From positions 1 to 64,000 of the forward strand of contig CAVRQT010000001.1 of assembly GCA_963723515.1 (NCBI GenBank): a stretch of 64,000 bases of DNA, given 5' to 3'. The stretch is from Vulcanimicrobiota bacterium (GTDB lineage: Bacteria; Vulcanimicrobiota; Vulcanimicrobiia; Vulcanimicrobiales; Vulcanimicrobiaceae). The notes below the pieces were generated by a model. That model had not been told where the DNA came from and did not search any database. It was given only the letters and a program-made list of their open reading frames with translations. Position 1 is the first letter of the stretch. Each line of letters starts with the position of its first letter. Positions 42,398 through 50,713 of this stretch are shown piece after piece. The position numbers and the translations under genes were made by a program.

Positions 42398-43075
42398 TTA
42401 TGCTGTCATCCGCGTGACGACCGGCTCGGCGGTCTCAAAGAGTGCCGCGAATTCCGAAATCGCATCCGGCGCGACGATCGCGTTGATTTCATCGCCCTCG
42501 GCGAGAACCGTGTCGTTTGCCGGAACGCGCACGCTCTTGCCCGAGCGAATTGCGGCGATGCGGATTCGTCCGGGGCGCTCGAATTCCGCAACGCGTTTGC
42601 CTGCATTCTGTGCCGAAACTGTTGCTGCGAGCGAGGTGACCTTGCCGAAGTCAAAGGACTGCAGCGTGTCCCAAGGCGCCTCCATGAGGACGTCGCGAAT
42701 CAGCTTTGCGCCGATCGTCGTTGGGCAAACGGTGTCGATGCCGAGCTCGCGATACATCTGTCCGCGCGGCGGATCGTAAATGCGCGCGACGATCTTCTTG
42801 ATCTTGAACATCCGTTGCGCGATCAATGCCGCCATCACGTTGCGATTATCGCCGTTCGTCACAGCGACGAATCCGTCGGCATGTTCGGCGCCGGAGCGTT
42901 TGAGAATATCGTAGTCTATGCCGGTCCCGACGACGACGTGTCCTTTGAAGCGGGTGCCCAATCTCTTGAAGGCGGAGGGATTTTCGTCGACGACGATCAC
43001 TTCGTGGTTGTCGGCATCGAGGAGGTTCGCGAGCGCGGAGCCGACTCGTCCGCACCCGACGATCAAATACCTCAT
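42398..43075 (-). CDS. TrkA-family potassium uptake regulator (RCK-N + RCK-C)
   Basis: IVGCGRVG, TNGDNRN, VARIYDP. Confidence 0.88.
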   Translation of the reverse strand: MRYLIVGCGRVGSALANLLDADNHEVIVVDENPSAFKRLGTRFKGHVVVGTGIDYDILKRSGAEHADGFVAVTNGDNRNVMAALIAQRMFKIKKIVARIYDPPRGQMYRELGIDTVCPTTIGAKLIRDVLMEAPWDTLQSFDFGKVTSLAATVSAQNAGKRVAEFERPGRIRIAAIRSGKSVRVPANDTVLAEGDEINAIVAPDAISEFAALFETAEPVVTRMTA

Positions 43076-43185
43076 GTGCGCGCTCCCCTTTCGGCGCAGC
43101 GGCGGGGAGATGCTCTTGGCTCCTTTTTTAAAGCGGTATCGAAGCAAGGACCGTTCAAAAACCGCCCGAACAGGAGGACCTCGCT

Positions 43186-43259
43186 CGGGGCGTAGCTCAG
43201 CTTGGTAGAGCGCTGCGTTCGGGACGCAGAGGTCACAGGTTCAAATCCTGCCGCCCCGA
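43186..43259 (+). tRNA. tRNA-Pro (anticodon CGG), CCA not encoded
   Basis: Acceptor cggggcg/cgccccg, D-arm gctc..gagc, anticodon arm ctgcg-ttCGGga-cgcag, T-loop ttcaaat. Confidence 0.95.
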
Positions 43260-43281
43260 TATTTCTGTAAAGAAAGAGCGG

Positions 43282-43692
43282 ATGTTTTCAAAGTTCAGCC
43301 GCGCGTCGTTACGCATTTTGCGGGCCGCAGAGCAAGAATGCCGCAACCACAACCATTACTATGTGGGTGTCGAGCATATTCTTTTGGCGCTGCTCGAGGA
43401 GCACGACGCCGCAATCGGCGCCCGCTTGGCTTCGGATGCGATCGACTTCAGCGAGGCCCATGCGCACGCGCGCCGCGCGTTGGGCACCGGAGAGGATCGT
43501 GTTTGGGAAGGCATTTTGGTGACGCCCCGCGTTCGTAAAGTCGTTGCCCTGGCGGAAGCGCGCGCGCAAGAGCGTGAAATAGAGCCGCTGGACCTCTTTG
43601 AAGCGATTCGTGAAGAAGGCGGCGGATTAGCGGCGGAAATTCTTCGCCGCGCCGCGCCAGGAGAAAGAGTCACCTCACCGGTTCGAAAGTAA
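43282..43692 (+). CDS. Stand-alone Clp N-terminal domain protein
   Basis: AEQEC..HYYVGVEHILLALL, TPRVRKVVALA; no AAA+ domain. Confidence 0.85.
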   Translation: MFSKFSRASLRILRAAEQECRNHNHYYVGVEHILLALLEEHDAAIGARLASDAIDFSEAHAHARRALGTGEDRVWEGILVTPRVRKVVALAEARAQEREIEPLDLFEAIREEGGGLAAEILRRAAPGERVTSPVRK

Positions 43693-43695
43693 AAC

Positions 43696-44310
43696 GTGCA
43701 GCAGCTTTCTGCGACGTTGCTCGCGCTGGTCGACCACGCGGGATACGCCGGCCTGTTGCTTGTCATGGCCATCGGCAATATCGGCGTACCGGTTGGTTCC
43801 GAAATCATTTTGCCGGCCGCCGGTGCACTTGTCGCGACCGGCCACCTCCACAGCGTTAGCATGACCATCGTAGTTGCCGTTATTGGAGAGCTGGCCGGCG
43901 GCAGCGTCGCGTACGCGATCGGCCGCTACGGCGGTCGGGCGTTCGTGCACCGTTATGGCCACTACGTCTTCTTTCGCGAAGCCGAACTGGCGCACGTCGA
44001 GCGCTTCTTTACGCGCTATGGGAGTTTCGCGGTCTTTCTTTGCCGGTTCATTCCGGTGCTGCGGGGCATCGTCGGGATACCGGCGGGGACGGCGCGCATG
44101 CCGCTCGTGCCGTTTTACATCTGGACTGCCCTTGGGTCGACGGGATTCTGCGCCGCGCTAATCTATCTTGGACTCACGCTGGGCAAGAACGTCGGCACGA
44201 TCATGCCGCTCTTGCACCGTTTTTCGCTGCTGATTATCGTGCTGATCGTGCTCGCCATCCTGGGCTATTTGCTCTTGCGGCGGCAAACGCTGAGCCGTAA
44301 CGAAATCTGA
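43696..44310 (+). CDS. DedA family membrane protein
   Basis: SEIILPAAG, YAIGRYGG, CRFIPVLR..PAG. Confidence 0.9.
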   Translation: MQQLSATLLALVDHAGYAGLLLVMAIGNIGVPVGSEIILPAAGALVATGHLHSVSMTIVVAVIGELAGGSVAYAIGRYGGRAFVHRYGHYVFFREAELAHVERFFTRYGSFAVFLCRFIPVLRGIVGIPAGTARMPLVPFYIWTALGSTGFCAALIYLGLTLGKNVGTIMPLLHRFSLLIIVLIVLAILGYLLLRRQTLSRNEI

Positions 44311-44334
44311 GGCGCGCGTGTTGAAGAACTCGCC

Positions 44335-46308
44335 GTGCAGACGCGGAGCGTAAACCTTAAAGAAAAGCTGAGCCGGGTTCCCGACGCGCCGGGCGTCTAT
44401 TTGATGGTAGGCGAGGGCGATCGCATTCTTTACATCGGCAAGGCACTCTCGCTGCGCAACCGGGTGCGCTCCTACTTTCAAGAGAGTTCCGAACACCACA
44501 TTCGCACGCAAGCGATGGTAGAGAAAGTCGTTGACGTCCGCACGATCGTTGTCAGCAACGAAATTGAAGCGCTGATCCTAGAGGCGAATTTGATCAAGCG
44601 CCACCAGCCGGCGTTCAACGTTCGGCTGCGTGACGACAAGCGCTATCCGTATTTGAAAGTCACGAATGAACCATTTTCGCGTGTCGTGTTCACGCGAGTC
44701 GTGCGCAACGACGGCGGGCGCTACTTCGGCCCCTACACGAACGCACACGGCCTGCGCGAGCTCATCGACCTCGTCCGGCTCGTCTTTCCATTACGAACTT
44801 GCCGCGAGCCCATCGATGGGCGTCGCGCGCGGCCGTGCTTACAATACCATATCAAACGTTGCCTCGCACCCTGCGTCGGCTTTCAAAGCGAGACCGACTA
44901 CGACGCGATGATCGAGGAAGTCGTGCTCTTCTTGGAAGGCAAGCAAGAACATCTGCTCTCGCGATTGCAGCACGAGATGGTCGATGCGGCGCAGACGTTG
45001 AACTTTGAATCGGCGGCACGGCTGCGCGATCGCATCGTTGCGGTCCGCCGCGTCACGGAGAACCAAAAAGTCGTCTGGCGCTCGCGCGTCGACATGGACC
45101 TCATCGCGATGGCGCGCGCACAGGGACAAGCGTGCATGCAAGTCTTCATGGTACGCAGCGGTAAGTTGATCGCGCAGGAACACTTCATCTTGGACGGCGT
45201 GCACGATCAGCCCGACGAAGTGCTCTATTCGGAATTTCTCAAGCAATTCTATACGGCCCGGACGGCCGGCGGTCTGGACGTGCTTGCGACCGCGTCGTCG
45301 GCACGCCAGGCGCTCGAAAATGAGGCCCCTGTTGCATTACGTGCGGGCTCGCGACGTCAAACCGCCTCCGCACTTCCAAAAGAGATTCTGGTTACCGCCG
45401 TGCCCGCGGATCACAGCGTCATCGAAAGTTGGCTCACCGAGCTCAAGGGGCAACGCGTTCGCATCCTACGCGCGGCGCGTGGGCCACGCGCCGATTACTT
45501 GCGTCTGGTTCAAACAAACGCGCAAGCGAATCTCAAATCGTTCCTTGCCCATCAAGAAGTTGAGGAAACGGCGCAGGCGCGCGCACTGACTGAGCTGGCA
45601 AATGCGCTCGAATTGCCCGAACCGCCGCAGCGAATCGAGTGTTATGACATCTCGAACATCAGCGGATCGAATCCGACGAGCTCGATGGTGGTCTTCGTCG
45701 ATGGCCGCGCGCGCAAGAGCGACTACCGGCGTTTCAAAATCCAGTACGATCGCGGTCCAAACGATTTTGCGATGATGCAAGAGACGCTGCGCCGTCGCTT
45801 GCGCTACTTGCGCCCGCGCACCGACGGGGAGTTAACGACTGAAGGCGCGGCTTTGCTGCACAAAGAGAAGTTCAACAAGAAGCCGGATTTGCTGCTGATT
45901 GACGGTGGGAAGGGCCAGTTGAGCGCGGTGCAAGATGTGCTCGAAGAGATGGATATGAGCGGCGTTCCTACTGCTGGACTAGCGAAGGAACATGAATGGC
46001 TCTATATGCCGGGTCAGCCCGATCCGATCGTCTTGCCGCCAAATTCGGCGGCGCTGCACCTCGTGATGCGTATTCGGGATGAGGCGCACCGCTTCGCGGT
46101 AACATATCATCGTCAGCGTCGAGGCAAGGCGATGACGACCTCCGCATTGGATGCACTCAAAGGTGTCGGGCCGATGCGCAAGAAGCGTTTGCTCAGGAGG
46201 TTCGGCTCCATTGCCGCGATCAAGCGCGCAGATCTCAATGAGATTGCCGCGGTCAAAGGCATGACGTCGAGCCTTGCATCACGCGTCAAGTCTGCTTTAG
46301 GAGAATAG
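44335..46308 (+). CDS. uvrC: Excinuclease ABC subunit C
   Basis: PGVYLM..YIGKA..RVRSY, IECYDIS, LIDGGKGQ, RDEAHRFA, HhH. Confidence 0.97.
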   Translation: MQTRSVNLKEKLSRVPDAPGVYLMVGEGDRILYIGKALSLRNRVRSYFQESSEHHIRTQAMVEKVVDVRTIVVSNEIEALILEANLIKRHQPAFNVRLRDDKRYPYLKVTNEPFSRVVFTRVVRNDGGRYFGPYTNAHGLRELIDLVRLVFPLRTCREPIDGRRARPCLQYHIKRCLAPCVGFQSETDYDAMIEEVVLFLEGKQEHLLSRLQHEMVDAAQTLNFESAARLRDRIVAVRRVTENQKVVWRSRVDMDLIAMARAQGQACMQVFMVRSGKLIAQEHFILDGVHDQPDEVLYSEFLKQFYTARTAGGLDVLATASSARQALENEAPVALRAGSRRQTASALPKEILVTAVPADHSVIESWLTELKGQRVRILRAARGPRADYLRLVQTNAQANLKSFLAHQEVEETAQARALTELANALELPEPPQRIECYDISNISGSNPTSSMVVFVDGRARKSDYRRFKIQYDRGPNDFAMMQETLRRRLRYLRPRTDGELTTEGAALLHKEKFNKKPDLLLIDGGKGQLSAVQDVLEEMDMSGVPTAGLAKEHEWLYMPGQPDPIVLPPNSAALHLVMRIRDEAHRFAVTYHRQRRGKAMTTSALDALKGVGPMRKKRLLRRFGSIAAIKRADLNEIAAVKGMTSSLASRVKSALGE

Positions 46309-46309
46309 C

Positions 46310-46684
46310 ATGTCTTGGATCATACGCTTTATCATCAACGCGATTGTGCTTTGGCTTATTGTTGAGTATGTGCCCGGCTTCACCAATGGCGCCGGCGTTC
46401 CACATGCGGTTCCGATTTGGCCGACGGTGATCATTTTAGCGATCATCTTTGGGATCGTCAATGCGCTTATTGGTCCGATCCTGCGGCTGCTGAGCGCACC
46501 GCTTACCTGGATAACGCACGGCCTGTTTGCCGTCGTGATCAACTGGATCTTGTTTGCGATTGCAATCTGGATCACGCCGAACCTCAAAGGCACGTGGCTC
46601 GCCACGCTGATCGGCGCGATCATCTTGATGGTGATCTCGACGCTCGTTCATAATATCAGCGAGCCGCGCACGGCGGCCGCGTAG
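46310..46684 (+). CDS. 4-TM membrane protein (YvlD/DUF360, annotated as phage holin family)
   Basis: FGIVNALIGPILRLLSAPL..T.GLF..VIN. Confidence 0.8.
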   Translation: MSWIIRFIINAIVLWLIVEYVPGFTNGAGVPHAVPIWPTVIILAIIFGIVNALIGPILRLLSAPLTWITHGLFAVVINWILFAIAIWITPNLKGTWLATLIGAIILMVISTLVHNISEPRTAAA

Positions 46685-46695
46685 CATAGAAGATC

Positions 46696-46725
46696 TCGGG
46701 CGCCCGCAAATCGGTGGGCGCCCGA
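46696..46725. terminator. Intrinsic terminator-like hairpin between convergent genes
   Basis: tcgggcgcccgc-aaatcg-gtgggcgcccga. Confidence 0.65.
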
Positions 46726-46750
46726 AAACTTAAAGCCGCCCGCTTTTTGG

Positions 46751-47770
46751 CTATCGCACGTGGGCGCGCGTGACATCAGCCGGCGAAGTGCAGCCGAGGA
46801 GCGCTAAGCCAAGCCGTATCTCTTCTCGGAGAATACGCAAGACATCCGCGACGCCGGCTTCGCCGGCAACGGTCAGTCCCCACAGCATCGCACGGCCGAT
46901 CATGACGGCTCGTGCGCCCAGTGCGAGCGCTTTCAGCACATCGGTGCCGCGGCGAATGCCGCCATCCAGAACAATCTCTGCGCGACCGCCAACCGCGTCG
47001 ACAACTTCTTCGAGCACGTCGATCGTCGCGGCCACGCCATCAAGTTGCCTGCCGCCGTGATTTGAAACGACGACGGCTGCTGCTCCGTGTTCGAATGCGA
47101 GCGCAGCGTCTTCTCCCGTCATGATTCCTTTAATGACGAGCGGCAGCCCGTAACCGGCAAACCGCTCGACGTCCCGCCAGGTGATCGTTGCATCGAAACC
47201 GCTACCGAAGAGTTCGCCCTCGACGCTCAAGGTGTCCGGAACTTTGAAACCGGCTCGAACGTCGCGTTCCCGATTACCTATATAGGGTACGTCGACCGTT
47301 AGCACGAGCGCAGAGTAACCGCTCGCGACCGCTTCCTCGATCGCCGCTTCGGTCTTCGCGCGAGCGTTCCAGACGTAAATTTGAAACCACCGCTTGCCAT
47401 CTTGCAGTGCGCTTGGGCGACACGTCGCGGCCGAAGAGAGACACATGATTGTGTCTGCGGCGCATGCCGCGCGCGCCGTCGCCTCTTCCCCCTCGAGATG
47501 CACGAGGCGTTGGATCGCGACCGGTGCGATGAGGACCGGCAATGCTACGTCGGTTCCGAGAACTGTAGTGGACGTTGAAACGCGCTCGACGTCGACCAAT
47601 ACGCGCGGACGAAGCTTCCGGCGCGCAAACGCCGCGACGTTATCGCGAAGCGTCACCTCGTCGCCCGACCCTCCGGAAATGTAGGCGCTCGCATTCGCGT
47701 CCCACATCTGCTCCGCTAATTGCTCGTAGTCCGAGACGCTGACGGGCTTCGCTTTTCCGGAGACGGCCAT
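46751..47770 (-). CDS. FMN-dependent alpha-hydroxy acid oxidase/dehydrogenase
   Basis: LRPRVL, WFQIY, LTVD, SNHGGRQLD, DGGIRRG. Confidence 0.92.
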   Translation of the reverse strand: MAVSGKAKPVSVSDYEQLAEQMWDANASAYISGGSGDEVTLRDNVAAFARRKLRPRVLVDVERVSTSTTVLGTDVALPVLIAPVAIQRLVHLEGEEATARAACAADTIMCLSSAATCRPSALQDGKRWFQIYVWNARAKTEAAIEEAVASGYSALVLTVDVPYIGNRERDVRAGFKVPDTLSVEGELFGSGFDATITWRDVERFAGYGLPLVIKGIMTGEDAALAFEHGAAAVVVSNHGGRQLDGVAATIDVLEEVVDAVGGRAEIVLDGGIRRGTDVLKALALGARAVMIGRAMLWGLTVAGEAGVADVLRILREEIRLGLALLGCTSPADVTRAHVR

Positions 47771-47820
47771 GCGTAAGAGCTTCGTGGCGCTCGGCCGGAA
47801 ACTTTGGCCTTGCGAACGCG

Positions 47821-47829
47821 TGTTATACT
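47821..47829 (+). promoter_or_regulatory. Extended -10 promoter for ssrA
   Basis: TGtTATACT, 10 nt upstream of the mature tmRNA 5' end. Confidence 0.55.
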
Positions 47830-47839
47830 ATGTGGTCGC

Positions 47840-48193
47840 GGGGCTGAGTTAGGTTCGACGAAAGGAACCGCGCCGGGGATAAGCAGGCGGAGTTGCGAGC
47901 ACTCCTAAAACGATCGCAAGCGTTTTACACGCAAACAATCAATACGCTCTGGCTGCCTAATCTAAGGTAGTCACGGGATGCGGGAGGTCGCCGGAATCGG
48001 CCCGCAAACCGCCATGAGCTCCGGCTAGGAACGGAGATCTGACCGAAAAGCCGTTCCGAAGCACATCGGTCCGCAGCGGGCAGCATCCGGGTTTCGAGGA
48101 GACGTCCGCCTAAGTGAAAATCGAAACTGAGCCTGGAGAAAACGCCGGCAAGGTCTTTCGGACTCGGGGGGCAGTTCCCCGACAGCTCCACCA
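47840..48193 (+). ncRNA. ssrA: tmRNA (one-piece), tag peptide ANNQYALAA
   Basis: 5' GGGGCTGA..GGTTCGAC and 3' CAGCTCCACCA with G3-U70 pair; tag reading frame gca aac aat caa tac gct ctg gct gcc taa at 47931-47960. Confidence 0.95.
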
Positions 48194-48197
48194 ATTT

Positions 48198-48300
48198 AAA
48201 TTCAAAGGAAATTGCAAGCAATTTCTTTGAGAGAAGAAGATGATGTTGAAAAATTCAAAGGAAATTGTAAGCAATGTCTGAGAGAAGCGAAGATGTTGAA
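48198..48300. repeat. Tandem pair (about 50 bp units) of the AT-rich palindromic repeat, copies B and C
   Basis: aaattcaaaggaaattgcaagcaatttctttgagagaagaagatgatgttgaa followed by aaattcaaaggaaattgtaagcaatgtctgagagaagcgaagatgttgaa. Confidence 0.8.
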
Positions 48301-48345
48301 AGAGGAGTGCAGAGTAAATCGGTCACTCCTCTTTCTTCATTTTTG
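48299..48345 (+). terminator. Probable ssrA terminator
   Basis: aaagaggagtg...cactcctcttt stem followed by a T-rich tract. Confidence 0.6.
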
Positions 48346-48405
48346 AATCTTAAACGCGTAACGGCGGCTCAGGAAGTCCTCAGACGATGTGGGTAAAGTG
48401 CGCGA

Positions 48406-48960
48406 ATGTTACGCGGAATCGTTCTAGGCGTCATACTGACCATCGCACTGGCTGCGCTGATCGGTTATGCCGCCGTTCGAGCGGGCGCATTTCCGGCCAA
48501 TGCTGACGCCAGGCCTTCCCAAATTGAGGCCTGGATGGCGCGCACCTCACTTCGTGCGACGATACAGCGGCAAGCGCCAAGTGGCGACAACCCCGTAGCG
48601 GCCTCCGATCAGAATCTCGCTGCGGGCATGAAGCTCTATGTTGCAAATTGCGGCGTCTGCCACGGCGCAGCTGACGGAAAGGCAACCAATGTCGCGCATG
48701 GTCTCTATCAGCGTCCGCCGCAGCTGGCATCATATGGTGCAGCAAGAGCGGTACGACGGTAGACGAACGGCTGCCTAAACCATCTGCGCGTCGGTCATTT
48801 CAGACGCCAGCAGATTTGGCAGATCACGGCGTTTTTGCAAAACATGGATCATCTGCCGCCTGCAATCGACGCCCAGTGGAAACGCGCGCGAGTGGCGGAA
48901 ACAATTGCGCCGGCGGCACTGCAGCTGCACCGGCGCAAAGGTCCGCCACCAGGCGGTTAG
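48406..48960 (+). pseudogene. Membrane-anchored monoheme cytochrome c, disrupted at about 48733-48808 (real lesion or read error)
   Basis: N-terminal TM, CGVCHG. Resumes as QQIWQITAFLQNMDHLPP in another frame; the expected GMP distal-ligand segment is absent. Confidence 0.65.
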
Positions 48961-48963
48961 TTT

Positions 48964-49497
48964 TTAGCGCGTCGACATCAATGCTGGAAGGCGGAGACTG
49001 CGCCAATGTGTTCCGTCCTGATAGGTAACACGCAACGGCAGGCACTGCGCGAGCCCGGTGCCAAGCGGAAAAACGTTCTTGCTTATGCCGAAGCGATGCT
49101 TGATCTCGGCGCCCGGTGAAAACGTTCCGACGTCGCGCACTTCGGCGACAAGATGGCCTCGCGCGACAAGACCAAACTCGATCGCGGTCGCTACTTTAGA
49201 GCCCTGGTTCTTGTAATCGATGGCCAGTTGTGGGCTGGTTGTGCTGACGGTCGGCTGATAGAAACGGCGGCCGTAGACGTCATTCCAATAATACGGTGTC
49301 CGTGCCGGATAGTAGGCGGGAACATAGCCGCCATAAACGGTCGTCGTTCCTTCGGTCGGTTCGCATTTCGAGACGTGAATGTTGCTTGGCGGGTGGCTAA
49401 TGAGGCCGATTGATGCCGGCTTCGTCTGAGCCATTGAGCCGGCTGCCGTCGCAGCCACAATAATGGCAGCTGAGGCGAAACTCCAAAAAATACGCAT
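48964..49497 (-). CDS. Secreted hypothetical protein
   Basis: AAGGA RBS, signal peptide MRIFWSFASAAIIVAATAAGSMA, beta-rich domain with two Cys. Confidence 0.7.
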   Translation of the reverse strand: MRIFWSFASAAIIVAATAAGSMAQTKPASIGLISHPPSNIHVSKCEPTEGTTTVYGGYVPAYYPARTPYYWNDVYGRRFYQPTVSTTSPQLAIDYKNQGSKVATAIEFGLVARGHLVAEVRDVGTFSPGAEIKHRFGISKNVFPLGTGLAQCLPLRVTYQDGTHWRSLRLPALMSTR

Positions 49498-49632
49498 ATC
49501 TGCTTTCCTTAAATAAAGTGAAACGGGTCTTGCCCTCTGTTTCAGACTTGCGGGCGGCCGCTTCCTGCGCAACGCCAGGCGCTATGCGTCAGCTCTAAGC
49601 GTGCGCGCAGCGGCACCTTCGGTTCGCCAAAT

Positions 49633-50526
49633 CTAAAGAGTGAAGCGCCGGAAGAACTCCCAGATCGTCTCCGACGCATCGAATGCTTGACTCGTTCGGC
49701 CGATAATGAACGGCGGCAGGTACTGCTCGCCGCCCGGCCATGTGTGGCCGCCGTTTTCGACTTCGATCAATTCGACCTCACGCCGATTGGCACAACGTGA
49801 GAACGTCGAGAGGTCAACCGGCATACCGTCGTTTTCGCTCATCGAGCTTCTTTGAGCCGGGCCGGCGCAACGGTTGAGCGCGGCCCACCTCGTGAGCGTG
49901 TCTTGCACCGAAGCAACATCGCCACCGCCCGCTGTTCGGCCGCCGCCGTAGGGCACGAGCGGATCTGCTGTGCCGTGAATCAGAAGCACGGCGGGCGGCG
50001 TAGCGGGACGACACGCATTGACGATGTCGACAGGCAGCGGACCGGCAACCGGCGCGATTGCTGCAATGCGCGCCGAGAGTTCGCAGCCAAGCCGCTCGGA
50101 GAAGATCGCGCCGTTCGATAATCCGGTTGCATAGATGCGTCTTGGGTCGATGTGATCTTCACGCCCAAGTTTGCTGATCAGTGCGGAGATGAATTGCACG
50201 TCATCGCTTGCGGACGGCGGCCCGCCGGTGCGGCCGTCTGCCCAATGACGATTGACGCCTTGCGGATAGACGACGACAAAATGATTGCGGTCGGCGATTT
50301 GATCGAAGTGCGTGATGCGTGCCGCGCCGCTCGCCAAACCGCCGCCGCCGTGCAGGTTGATGACGAGCGGCGAAACGCCCTGACCGCTCGACGGCGGCAA
50401 ATGTAAAAGGTACATGCGGGTTTGAGCGCCCACGACGATCTCGCCGCTGAGATCCTGGCTCTGCGCCATGCACGCAGCGGGGCTCAGTGCCGCCAGCATC
50501 GTGAACGCAGCCACGGCAAACCGCAT
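49633..50526 (-). CDS. Secreted esterase, PHB-depolymerase/LpqC family
   Basis: LHGGG, VVYPQG, TGLSNG, HGTAD, GGHTWPG. Confidence 0.88.
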   Translation of the reverse strand: MRFAVAAFTMLAALSPAACMAQSQDLSGEIVVGAQTRMYLLHLPPSSGQGVSPLVINLHGGGGLASGAARITHFDQIADRNHFVVVYPQGVNRHWADGRTGGPPSASDDVQFISALISKLGREDHIDPRRIYATGLSNGAIFSERLGCELSARIAAIAPVAGPLPVDIVNACRPATPPAVLLIHGTADPLVPYGGGRTAGGGDVASVQDTLTRWAALNRCAGPAQRSSMSENDGMPVDLSTFSRCANRREVELIEVENGGHTWPGGEQYLPPFIIGRTSQAFDASETIWEFFRRFTL

Positions 50527-50713
50527 GGCATCAAAAGAACACACGCGGCGGTCCTAGGTCAAGGAAGAAAAGATGAGCCGCTCTCGCTGTGATTTCGATG
50601 AGAATTGAGTTTTTTGTGGTAGGGGGCGGCTGCTTGCGAACATTCACCGAGCCGAGCACGTTTCCGTACTGTAACCTCCGAGCATAATGCGGAGAGACGC
50701 AAGCGAGGACCCC

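Noticed and set aside
43186..43259. tRNA-Pro(CGG) as attachment site of the pSAM2-like element
   Set aside because: It is 43 kb from the integrase, flanked by housekeeping genes, and I saw no duplicated tRNA fragment.
45250..45375. Insertion of about 35 aa in UvrC as an intein or mobile insert
   Set aside because: Too short, has no intein terminal motifs, and is Ala/Arg-rich like a variable loop.
46310..46684. Holin as evidence of a prophage
   Set aside because: The YvlD/DUF360 family is commonly chromosomal near uvr genes, and no phage genes are nearby.
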